From positions 403,599 through 467,598 of the forward strand of contig JAUIFF010000001.1 in the NCBI GenBank assembly GCA_030429545.1: a stretch of DNA of 64,000 nt, in the 5' to 3' direction. This DNA is from Polyangia bacterium. Its GTDB lineage: Bacteria > Myxococcota_A > Polyangia > Nannocystales > Nannocystaceae. The position numbers were made by a program, and so were the translations under genes. Numbering within the stretch: the first letter of the stretch is position 1; every line of letters starts with the position of its first letter. The notes below the pieces were generated by a model. The model was not told where the DNA came from and ran no database searches. It saw only the letters and a program-made list of their open reading frames with translations. Shown here in pieces: positions 11,069 to 20,487 of this stretch.

Positions 11069-11251
11069 GATGGGGGGCGAAGGTTACCCGGCATCCCGTT
11101 GGTGTAAAGGGCTCGAAGGGCCCGGCGGTGGCGCGTGCTCACATCGCGCGAATGCGATGTGGTCGGTAGTTGCCGCTTTGTTGTGCACACGCGGATGTGT
11201 GCGCGGTTTGTCGGCGACGCGAGAAAAACCACTTCGTCACCGGTCGCAAAC

Positions 11252-11536
11252 ATGGTCTCGCTGGCGGCGATCGGCTATCCCATGCCTGTGGCCGACCTTT
11301 TGCTGTGCCAGTGCAACGCGATCTACGAACGTGAAGTGCTCGTATGTATCCGTCGCGGAGCAAGGACGGTCGATGAAGTTGGCGACGAGTGTGACGCCGG
11401 GACCGGCTGCGGAAGTTGTCGTGGTGCGATCAAGACCATGATCGAAGAGGAACAGCAACGAAAGGGCGAGCACTCGTTGCCACCTGAGCTGTTGGCCCTG
11501 CCGTTATTTGCCCGCAACAAGTCTCCAAAAAAGTAG
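11252..11536 (+). CDS. BFD-like [2Fe-2S]-binding domain protein
   Basis: CQCNAIYEREVLVCIRRGARTVDEVGDECDAGTGCGSCRG matches the C-x-C...C-x2-C BFD-like [2Fe-2S] domain; exact start uncertain (ATG 11252 or 11282). Confidence 0.55.
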   Translation: MVSLAAIGYPMPVADLLLCQCNAIYEREVLVCIRRGARTVDEVGDECDAGTGCGSCRGAIKTMIEEEQQRKGEHSLPPELLALPLFARNKSPKK

Positions 11537-11664
11537 GACACAGACCTTGAGAAGGCCGTGCTCGCAGTGACGAGACTCCTGGACGCTGGCGACCGCCAAG
11601 CGCGGCTGACCAGAGTTCGGGGTGGCGACTAGGTTTGCGAGTCCACCTCGAAGCTGTCGCGCGC

Positions 11665-12348
11665 TCAAGCCGGCGAGAGTTTGGGATTGAGCGAAGGGGC
11701 GACCAGTTGCATAAACCAGCTCATCCGGCTCGGTTGGATCGCAACGGTCGTTGGGTCCGGGATGTTGAACTCGGCGCGAACGTCCGCGAGTGGACGTTCA
11801 AACTGTTCTTCGAGCCGCTCGCCGAGAATCATTGTGGCCCGCCGGCCGATCTCGAGGCCGACTTCGAGGTTGTGGAGCGCGCGTCTGGCCTGCATCGGGG
11901 AGAGGATGATGGTCAGCAACTTGGCAAACCGCAAAACCCAGGGGTTGCTGACGATGCCCTGGGCGTAGGTCACAGCAAACAGGCCAAGTTCACCCGCGAG
12001 CCCGGTATCGAACCCGGTGAGCAGGTGGTGGAGGTCGTGGGTCACGATGTAGCGGACGGTAAACGGATCGTTGGCGAACTCGCGTTTGACCTCGTCACTA
12101 AAGGAAAACGGCTGGATACCGTAGCGATCCATAAACCGGGCATATTCGCGGCCAAGTGTACCTTCGGGCAGGTTGCGTAACTGCTCGAGATCGATGGTTG
12201 GATAGTAGTTTGCGACACCACTGAGCTTGCCGACGACCTCGGCAGACGGCGAGCGGTAGGCTGCGAGTTCGTACAACGCTGCGTCTCCGAGCTTGCCGCT
12301 GCGGTACGCTCGCAGGGATTTGACGATGTACGAGAAAAACCGCATCAC
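11665..12348 (-). CDS. Coq4-family protein, paralog A (divergent)
   Basis: THDLHHLLTGFDTGLAGE = HDxxH-x11-E motif of Coq4 family; 227 aa. Confidence 0.7.
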   Translation of the reverse strand: MMRFFSYIVKSLRAYRSGKLGDAALYELAAYRSPSAEVVGKLSGVANYYPTIDLEQLRNLPEGTLGREYARFMDRYGIQPFSFSDEVKREFANDPFTVRYIVTHDLHHLLTGFDTGLAGELGLFAVTYAQGIVSNPWVLRFAKLLTIILSPMQARRALHNLEVGLEIGRRATMILGERLEEQFERPLADVRAEFNIPDPTTVAIQPSRMSWFMQLVAPSLNPKLSPA

Positions 12349-12631
12349 GACGCTAACTACTTTATGACGAAGCCGTCACGAATGGCAATAGAAAACTGAC
12401 AGTAGGTTGGGGCAAGCGGCCGTGCGAACTGCCACGAGGACATAAGCACACAGGTTGTCGTACATCCACGATGAAGCCTCGTGGTTTTGGTGAGCGGTTT
12501 ACACGTGGTCTGTATCCGGCTACGCGACGTGCTATATCCGTGAGTAAGTGGACGATTTCCCGCTTTTTTGGCTATTGACGTTCGTGACTTCGGAGTCATG
12601 ATTGTTGAGAACTCGAAAAGGAGTTGAGAAC

Positions 12632-13324
12632 ATGCGCTGGAACCTGATGAAAGAAATGTGGCGAAAATTTCGTAGCGGAGGCGCGGTTGCAGACGTCGCG
12701 CTGCTGAAAATCGTTGCCCTCGAACAGCGCCCCAAGAGCAGGGAAGTTCTCGACCACTTAGAGCAGGTGCGTGGCTACATCCCCGAGGCAGACATGCCGG
12801 CGCTGCGCAAACTGCCCGACGGGACGTTTGGCCGCGAGTATGCCCGGTTTTTGGATGCCCAAAACATCGACCCATTTGTCTTTAGCGATGAGCTCAAAGA
12901 GCGGTTTAGCGACGAAACCTTCGCATTTCGGTTTTTGACAACCCACGACCACCACCACGTGTTGGCCGGGTTTGATGCCGGAGCCGCGGGCGAGGCCGGC
13001 GTGCTGGCGTTCAACGTCGCCCAGGGCACATTTGGCTCAAAAGGCATGCTGTGGTTGGCCAAACTGCTCTACCCACTGTTCACTCCGTCGAATGTGTTTC
13101 GCCTGTGGCGAAATGTGCGGGTTGGATTCGCCATGGGCAAGCAGGCTAAGCTGCTGCTGGCCCAAAGGTTGGAAGACCAATACGAGCGTCCGCTGGTCGA
13201 AGTACGGGCCGCGTATGGCATTCCCGAACCGGCGTCTGCCGGCGTTGTCCCGAGCAACAGCTCGTGGATGATCAACCTCGTCTACGGCAGCCGCAAGACC
13301 CCCAAACTGGCACCTGCGTCCTAA
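12632..13324 (+). CDS. Coq4-family protein, paralog B
   Basis: THDHHHVLAGFDAGAAGE motif; AAGGAG Shine-Dalgarno 8 nt before ATG 12632; collinear with paralogs A and C. Confidence 0.7.
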   Translation: MRWNLMKEMWRKFRSGGAVADVALLKIVALEQRPKSREVLDHLEQVRGYIPEADMPALRKLPDGTFGREYARFLDAQNIDPFVFSDELKERFSDETFAFRFLTTHDHHHVLAGFDAGAAGEAGVLAFNVAQGTFGSKGMLWLAKLLYPLFTPSNVFRLWRNVRVGFAMGKQAKLLLAQRLEDQYERPLVEVRAAYGIPEPASAGVVPSNSSWMINLVYGSRKTPKLAPAS

Positions 13325-13339
13325 GCTGGCGTCCTCTCG

Positions 13340-13367
13340 ATGCCCCGGTCACCCCGGGGCATTTTTG
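13340..13367 (+). terminator. Rho-independent terminator after Coq4 paralog B
   Basis: ATGCCCCGG-tcac-CCGGGGCAT hairpin followed by TTTTTGTT. Confidence 0.6.
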
Positions 13368-13542
13368 TTGGTTCTTGTGCTCGCATTTGGCCAACATCGA
13401 TACCGAAAATCGTTGCCATTGCTCGGATTTGCTCGTCTGATTCGTCAGACGATTGTGTGAGATCGAATACATTGTGAATCGGCAAACAACTCTTGTCATT
13501 AAAGACTTGGTGGTCATGTTTGTCGTGTCGAAAGGAACACAC

Positions 13543-14220
13543 ATGAACTGGAAACTCTACCTCGATACGATTCGTGCCTACCGCTCAGGTGCGAGCCTAG
13601 GCGATGTCGCACTCATGAAGATCGCCGCGTTTCAGACGCCAAACCCCGAGGTTCGAGACCAGCTCAAGGGCCTGCGCGGCTACTACCCAGAGCTCGACCT
13701 GGCGGCGATGCGCGAGCTTCCCAACGGGACGCTCGGGCGCGAATATGTACGGTTTTTGGATGCCCAGGGGATCGAGCCGTTTGTGTTCAGCGACGAGGTC
13801 AAGGCCCGGTTCGCAAACCGCCCGTTCGCCGTCCGCTACACCGTGACCCACGATTTTCACCACGTGCTGGCGGGGTTCGATGCAGGGCTGGCTGGCGAAG
13901 CCGGTGTTGTCGCGTTCACAGTCGGGCAGGGGAGCTTCTCGGGGAAATGGCTCCTGACGTTGCAACGCTGCATCTACGCCGTGTTTTCACCCAGCCAGAT
14001 CCGCGAGGTCAGCAACAACATGAAAGTTGGGTACCGAATGGGTCGCCAAGCCAAGCTGCTACTCGGCGAGCGCCTCGAAGAACAACTGCACCGCCCGCTC
14101 GCCGATGTCCGCAAGGACCTAGGCATTCCCAACCCCAAGGTCGCCGGGGTGCGGGCGAGCAAGGAAAGCTGGATGATGCGGTTGTTTTATCCGAGTGTGA
14201 AACCAGCGGCGATCGCCTAA
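13543..14220 (+). CDS. Coq4-family protein, paralog C
   Basis: TVTHDFHHVLAGFDAGLAGE motif; AAAGGA SD before ATG 13543; about 60% identical to paralog B. Confidence 0.7.
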   Translation: MNWKLYLDTIRAYRSGASLGDVALMKIAAFQTPNPEVRDQLKGLRGYYPELDLAAMRELPNGTLGREYVRFLDAQGIEPFVFSDEVKARFANRPFAVRYTVTHDFHHVLAGFDAGLAGEAGVVAFTVGQGSFSGKWLLTLQRCIYAVFSPSQIREVSNNMKVGYRMGRQAKLLLGERLEEQLHRPLADVRKDLGIPNPKVAGVRASKESWMMRLFYPSVKPAAIA

Positions 14221-14246
14221 ATCGTTGCATCACCAATAAATACGAG

Positions 14247-14278
14247 CCCGCGCCGACTGGTGCGGGTTTCTAGGTTTG
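14247..14278 (+). terminator. Putative terminator after Coq4 paralog C
   Basis: CCCGCGCC-gact-GGTGCGGG stem (one G-U) followed by TTTCTAGGTTTG. Confidence 0.45.
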
Positions 14279-14295
14279 CAACAAAAGCCTGCCTG

Positions 14296-14850
14296 TCTTA
14301 GCGGGCCGTCACGCGGTGGTGCGATGCCCGTCCATTCGAGCCGGCGCGGCGGTGTAGCGAGAAACTCGAGCACAGTCCGTCTTATCGGGCCTGTACGGTG
14401 TGCGATACCCGTCTTATCGGGTCGGCGCTGCGGTGTAGCAAGACACTCGAGCGCAGTGATGTGGTCTCATTGGGCCGGCGATGGTGCCCGACTTATCGGG
14501 CCGGCGCGGCGGTGTAGCGAGCAACCGAAACTCGAGCGCAGTGATGCCCGTCTCATTGGGCCGGCGGCGATGGCCGTCCTATCGGGCCGACGCGGCGGTG
14601 TAGCGAGCGCAGTGATGTGTGCCCGTCTTATCGGGTCGGTGCGGCGGTGTAGTGAGCAACCGAAACTCGAGCGCAGTGATGTGTTGCCCCGACCGTCTTA
14701 TCGGGTCGGTGCGGCGGTGTAGCGAGCAACCGAAACACGAGCGCAGTGCCCGGCCTGTACGGTGGTGTAGCGAGTAACCGAAACTCGAGCGCAGTGATGG
14801 TCGGCGCGGTGTTGCGAGCTGCGATGTTGTACCCGTCTTATCGGGCGCCG
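14296..14850. repeat. Irregular tandem repeat (~10 units, 30-80 bp spacing) built from a CCCG-TCTTAT-CGGG mini-hairpin module plus a CGGCGGTGTAGCGAGCAACCGAAACTCGAGCGCAGTGATG module
   Basis: Direct inspection: cccgtcttatcggg recurs at 14377, 14408, 14487 (variant), 14547 (variant), 14575, 14622, 14694, 14832; ggcggtgtagcgag recurs at least 7 times; all unit content is conserved (no unique spacers). Confidence 0.8.
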
Positions 14851-14893
14851 TGAACCCACGAGTGCAGCGCCAGTTTGCTGTGGTGCCCGCCGC

Positions 14894-17800
14894 CTACTTC
14901 TGTGGCTGGGCGGTACCTGGCTGGATGCCTGGCGAAATCGTTGAGCCACGAAACCCGCTGCTGTTACCCGCTGGCGGTTGTGAACCCGACTGCGTGTTTG
15001 AGCTGGAGTTGTTTGGTGTCGAGGTTCCGGACTGTCCGGTTGAGGCGGCGGGAGGTTGTCCGGAAGTGCCGGCCTGTCCGGAAGTGCCGGCCTGTCCCGA
15101 AGTACCGGCCTGTCCCGAAGTACCGGCCTGTCCCGAAGTACCAGGTTGGGTGCTCGTGGGAGGTTGCCCCGTGGGCGTCCCGGTGCTCGGTTGACCCGTG
15201 GACGTCCCGGCGCCAGACTGCGGTGTTTTTCCGGGGATCTTGAGCCCGGGCAGGGGCCGCGACGGTCCGGGGGCATTGGGCTGGACTGTGGGTTTGGGCG
15301 CACCATTTTTGGGACGCAGCTCCGGGGCCTTCTCGGCCTCTTTGGCCTTGACCTTGGCCTTGACCTTGCGGCCCTTGTAGCGGCGCTTCATCACCGGTTT
15401 AGGTTTGAGCTTGATCCGCCCGCCAAACAGGGAGAAGTAGCGGACGCCGTTTTCGTTGCCGCCACCGATTGCGCCAAACAGTGCCCGCCAGTGCAGGCCG
15501 TCGTTGCCGTCCTCGCCCACGCGGCTCCACCACGCGAGGCCCGGACCGACCACATTGGTCGCCTTGTCGCCGTTTTTGTGGCGCACAAACAGGGCCGGAA
15601 TAATCTGGGTCTCGCGGTTTTCACGGCGGAAGTCCCACCACAGCGGGAACCCGACGGTGCGGTTTTTATCGCCGCGTTCGATGTGCCAAACCAGCGGGAA
15701 CTGGACGAAGTCGAGGTTTTCACCCTTGCGTCGTTGCACATACAACGCCGGGAAAATCGAGGTCCAGGCCGTGTCCTTGGCCTTGTGGTTGTCGCGCAGG
15801 TACAGCGGCAACAGCCAGTGTAGGCGGCGCTCGGCATAACTGTGGCTATGCACAAAGATCGGCGGGATGATGGCGGTGGTGACCTTGTGCGGCTTGCGGA
15901 AGTTCCAAACCAGCAGCGCCGCCTGGAACCACCGGGCCTCCTCTTTGCGCTGGCTGATAAATAGCGGGGGGAGCACGACGTTGGTGCTGCGGTCCTCGAC
16001 CCGATGCCGCTTGCGGTAAAACAGCGGGAACACCAGCGTCTCGCGGTATTTTTTGGTGACTGTGTGGCCAAAAAAGCCGGCGTACCAGGTCAGGCGCTCC
16101 TTGGGCTGGTAGTTGTAGCCGCCGAGCCAGGTGTAGAGCTTGCGCCCGCCCTTGCCGTTGCGATCGGCGTAGTACAGGCCGAGGGCGCTGTGGGTGCGAC
16201 GACCCTGGCCGTCCTTGCCGTACATAAACAGCGGGAACGAACCCCAAAGCGTGTACCTGCAACTCGGGTCGTCCTCTTTGCGGAAGTTACATTTTTGGTA
16301 GCGGAACAGCAGCGGAACAACCCCGGTAAACCGGTAGTTTTTGCGCAGCCTGAAGATGTCGAAGTAAAGCGGCGGCGCAATGCTCATGCGCGTGAAGTTG
16401 TGCAGCCGCTTGACGCTAAACACGAACGGGAGGGCGACCCAGGTGCGCGAACCGTTGGCGCGTTGGCGGTCAAACCAGATCGGCAGGGCCAGGGTGTAGT
16501 GCTCTTTCGACCGCTTTTTCTCGTTGTGGATAATCAGCGGCAGGGCGATAAGCCGCCGGTTTTCGACCGAGTCCTTCCACCAATAAAGCGGCGCGACCCC
16601 GGTGTTGAGTTGGGTACGGCTGAGGCGGTGAAAAAACGGCCCGGCGATGAGCGTGTGGGTGCGCCGGTGTTTGTTGCGGCTGTAAAAAAACGGCAGCCCG
16701 GCATCGACATCGACCCCGCCGGGTTGGCGCTGGCGGAAGTAAAACGGGACCACCGCAAAGTTGCGGCGTGGGTGCTCGCCGTCGACCCGACTGCGCCAGA
16801 TAAGTGGCGTGATCATGTCGAGGTCGTCGCCCGGTGTCCGCCGGCGGATATAAAGCGGTGGGACCACGGTGTGCGTCGCCATCCCGCCCTCGGTTGGCCG
16901 TTTGTCGTGGAACAACAGCGGGGCGACACCAAACCCCTTACGCCCGTCGGCACCCTGTTGCCCATACACCGGCCCGGCGACCCAGGTACGTCCCTTGTCC
17001 GACTTGAGACCGCCGCCTAGGGGGGTGAGGGTCAACACCCGCGACTGCCCGTCGACCGTACGCTGGCGCCGGTAGTACAGCGGGAACAGCATGCTGTCGC
17101 GGGAGTCCTTGCGTTTGACATCCCAGGCGATCAGCCCCGCGCCGAGGGTGCGGTGGTCGGGGCCCTTGGAGCGGACAAACAGCGGTGAGATTGTGGTCGA
17201 CTTGTTGGCTTTGACGTCGGTGACGTGCCCGGTCAACAGCGGCAGCACAAGTGCGTAGCGGTGGTTTTCGTCGCGTCCGCTGACAAACACCGGGGGCAGG
17301 CCCGCGTGCCACCCGGTCGGTTTTCGTTGCAGGTACAACGGCGGGATCGCAAACGTATGCTTCTTGGCCTTTTTGTCGTGGACGTGCCAAAACAGCGGGG
17401 TGATGACCTGGTAGGCACGCTCGTCGTTGCGCCCGGTAAACGTCAACAGTGCAGGTACACCAAACCGCCGCTGGTTGGGGTCGCGGGTGCGGTACAAAAG
17501 CGGCGGGGCAACCAACGTGTCGCGTTTTTTGTCGCGGTTGTTGAAGTGCCAAAACAGCGGGGTGACGACCTGGTACGAAAGTCCGGTTTTGCGTTGGCGG
17601 ACAAACGTGAGGGCCGGGAGGACCGAAAACCCAAACCCGTCCTTAGCCCGGGTACCGCCGGCGATCGGGGTAAACACCCGCATCGAGTCGGGCGTTTTGC
17701 GGGTGAACACCAGGGGAAACAGGACATTGCTGGTGACCTGTTTACGGCGGTCGGAAAACCGCCAAAAGATCGGTGCAAATACAGCATTTTGCTGGCGTGG

Positions 17801-19190
17801 ATCGCTGTGGAGCACCAGCGGCCCGGCGACCGTGGTTTTGCTGCCTTCGAGGCGGTTGCGGGCGTGCCAGACAAGCGGCGTGGCCGACCAAAGGTCGCGG
17901 TCGCGGTTGCTCGACTTAAACGTGAGCAGCGGCGGGATGGCCCAGGCTGAGCCCTTGCGGGCCTTGTCGCTGCGCTTGATAAATAACGGCGTCCACAGCT
18001 CGCGGCGATTGCCAAACTCGTTGGATTGCCAGTGAAAAAACGGGAACAGCGTGTGGTGCTTGAGCCCCTTGACCTTGTCGTAGCCGCCGACATACAGCGG
18101 AATACCGACATCGGTCTTGGTGAGGCCCTTGACCCGGCGCACGAAAAACGGTGCAGCTACAAGATATTTACGGTCGCTGAGCGGGTTGCCGTCTTTGAGG
18201 TCCTTGTTGCCGTACCACACCAATACGCCAGACATCGCCCGCAGGCTGTCGGGGGTTTTTTGGTGGTAGTGAAACGGGCCGACAACCAGGTTTTTGACGT
18301 GGCGGTTACCCCAGGCCCACACCAGCGGAAACTGGCCAAAGGTGTATTGCTCGCCAACCCGCTTGTAGCCCATCAGCAGGGGGATCGAGCCCCAGGCCGA
18401 GGTCCGCTCGCTAAACGAACCCATAAACAGGGCGAGCGGGGCGATGTAGCGGCGCTTTTTCTTGGCCTTGCTGTACCAGCCAAACGTCAGGGAGAGGTCG
18501 GCGTGGAACAGTTTCTCCGGGTGCTCTTTGGTGCCCTTGCGATGGATAAAAAGCGGCGGGAGGGTGAGCGCCCGGGTGCGGTGGGTGTTGTATTCCATGT
18601 CCACCCAAAACGGGGGGACGTTGCGCTTTTTGAGCAGCTCCGGGCGGACGTACTCGGGCTCGGGCGTGGTGCCGTCGGGGATCGGCAGGATGTCGTCGGG
18701 GTCCGTTGGCGAACCCATTGTAGATGCATCTTCATCCTCGTCGGGCTCGGTCTCGCGGGGGACGGCGATCGGTTGGGCCGAGGGCACCGGAATGGTCGGG
18801 CTGGGGCCAGTTGCGGGAATCGGTGTCGCCTCGCTCGGAGGTGCCGGATCGCTGCTCGGGACCGTGCCTGCGCCAGCACGCTCGGGTGCACTGGCATCGG
18901 CCCCGGTGCCGGCATTGGGCCCAGGCTCGCTACCTGAGGCGGTGGGAACTTCGGCGCCGGCAGGTGTTGTGCCGGGTGCATAGAGGTTGGCCCAGGTGTC
19001 GACCGGGCCGTGGTGGGCCAACAGTGACGTACCAAAGTAGTCGGGAGTGGCCGCGAGCGAGGTATCGACCTCGACCGCAAACGCGTGGGCTGTGGCGCTC
19101 CAAAGTGCGAGGCTCACCACCGCGACGAGCGGCAGTGGGCGGCGAGCAAAACTGGGAAGGGAGCGTCTCAGGAGCGTGGATTCCCGGAGT
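14894..19190 (-). CDS. Very large secreted repeat protein (~1,430 aa): ~50 tandem ~19-aa repeats with conserved P-[LIF]-[FLYW] core, C-terminal G/T/S/Q-rich low-complexity tail
   Basis: Track ORF 14894..19519; signal-peptide-like [21 protein letters not shown]|FAVEV near 19100-19190, so the true start is probably an alternative codon near 19190 (uncertain). Repeats such as [19 protein letters not shown] / [19 protein letters not shown]; C-terminus [24 protein letters not shown]. Confidence 0.7.
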
Positions 19191-19460
19191 GCGCACCCGG
19201 GATGGAGGAGGAAGTTGCAGCTGCGATGACCGGAAGTCTTGTGCGCGTCGACACCGATTGCTCGGGAGCGTCCACGGGCCGGTGGGAGATAGCGGACGGG
19301 GGTTTGCAGTGTCAACTGTCGAGATGCCTGGAGTTTTTCGGAATAGACCCGCGACCGGAGTTGTTTTTGTCGGCCTGCGCGAGATGCAAGAAGACACACA
19401 CACAGGTGATTGCTCCTGCGTGATTGACACCTCACAGCCACAGCGCTAAAGCCGTGCATT

Positions 19461-20102
19461 GTGGTTGCAGGATCGAAGCGAACCGAATTGGCTCCGGTCG
19501 ACACGTTGCGAGTCGACATCCCCGCACTGATTGGGCGAGGTCCCGGTCCCTATGAAGTAGATGTCGAGGTTGCCCCGGCGTGGGTGAAACAGGCGTTGGC
19601 GGGTACCGATGCCGAGGTCCAACAACTCGCCCAGCTGCGCGGAGAACTCAGCCTCCAGGGCAAGACAGCCCTGTTTCGCGGCCATTTTACCGCGGTCTTT
19701 GAGGTCCCCTGTGCCCGGTGTTTGGAGGGGGCGGCGGTCGATGGAGGCGGCGAGTTGTGTGTCCACTTTGAGCGCGGCGAGAGCAAGCGCCCAAAACTCG
19801 AAGAGGATGACGAAGAAGAGATCGACACCGGCTCACCCGAGCAATTCACGTTCGACGGGATCACACTCGATCTACGACCCATGCTCGTCGAGCACCTGGT
19901 GATGGCCTACCCGATGCGCGCGTTGTGTGAGCGCGGTGAGGATTGTCGGGGGTTGTGTTCGCAGTGTGGCGCCAACCTCAATTCCCAGGGGGAAGGGGGC
20001 CCGTGCTCAGCCTGTGCCGGGCAACAGGCGGCCCAACCTCCCGAGCCCGCGGGCAATGCCAGTTGGCAAGCTGCCCTGCGCAAGATCCGAGACAAGAGCT
20101 GA
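19461..20102 (+). CDS. yceD: YceD/DUF177 family protein (23S rRNA accumulation protein) preceding rpmF
   Basis: CARCLEG...CSQC / CSAC Cys pairs typical of DUF177; conserved position upstream of rpmF-plsX. Confidence 0.8.
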   Translation: MVAGSKRTELAPVDTLRVDIPALIGRGPGPYEVDVEVAPAWVKQALAGTDAEVQQLAQLRGELSLQGKTALFRGHFTAVFEVPCARCLEGAAVDGGGELCVHFERGESKRPKLEEDDEEEIDTGSPEQFTFDGITLDLRPMLVEHLVMAYPMRALCERGEDCRGLCSQCGANLNSQGEGGPCSACAGQQAAQPPEPAGNASWQAALRKIRDKS

Positions 20103-20283
20103 GATCTCCCGTGTACTTGCGGCCAAGTGGGCGAGTTTTCTCAACTTCCTCGCCCACGGACCAGGCGACCTCGCCGTTGCAGCACTCGTGTTGTGAGACG
20201 TCCCGCAAGCGTCAACGCGCGACCGTCCGGGGCGACGTTGACACGGATACCAGCGGACAGTACTACTGCCGCCCCTACGAGCC

Positions 20284-20469
20284 ATGGCAGTTCCAAAGAA
20301 GAAGAAATCAGCATCCCGCCGCGATATGCGTCGCGCCAACCACGACCGCGTCTCGGCTCCAAACCTCAGCGCCTGCTCCAACTGCGGCGAGCTGATGGTG
20401 AGTCACCGCGTGTGCCCGGCCTGCGGTTACTACCGCGGTCGCCAGGTCATCGCAGTCGCCGAAGACTAA
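20284..20469 (+). CDS. rpmF: 50S ribosomal protein L32
   Basis: [20 protein letters not shown]...[20 protein letters not shown]; 61 aa. Confidence 0.95.
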   Translation: MAVPKKKKSASRRDMRRANHDRVSAPNLSACSNCGELMVSHRVCPACGYYRGRQVIAVAED

Positions 20470-20487
20470 TCACCGAACTTCGAGCCG

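Noticed and set aside
8921-11107. 728-aa + strand ORF (and similar long ORFs 1670..2614+, 4200..4949+, 16004..17020+, 20950..21951-, 23473..24495-, 25266..26651-, 47643..48863-, 58654..59577-, 60700..61653-, 61675..62523-)
   Set aside because: Each lies antisense to a gene with clear family motifs (lysC/comEA, kinase, typA, giant repeat protein, plsX/fabD, fabF, nrdR/ribD, rarA, kinase 3, PAP2, PEMT). Their translations are Arg/Ala/Gly/Pro-rich low-complexity typical of out-of-frame high-GC DNA.
14296-14850. Possible CRISPR array (regular short repeats)
   Set aside because: All sequence between the hairpin modules is itself repeated, so there are no unique spacers. Unit lengths vary irregularly from 28 to 80 bp, and no cas genes are nearby. 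It is called a tandem repeat instead.
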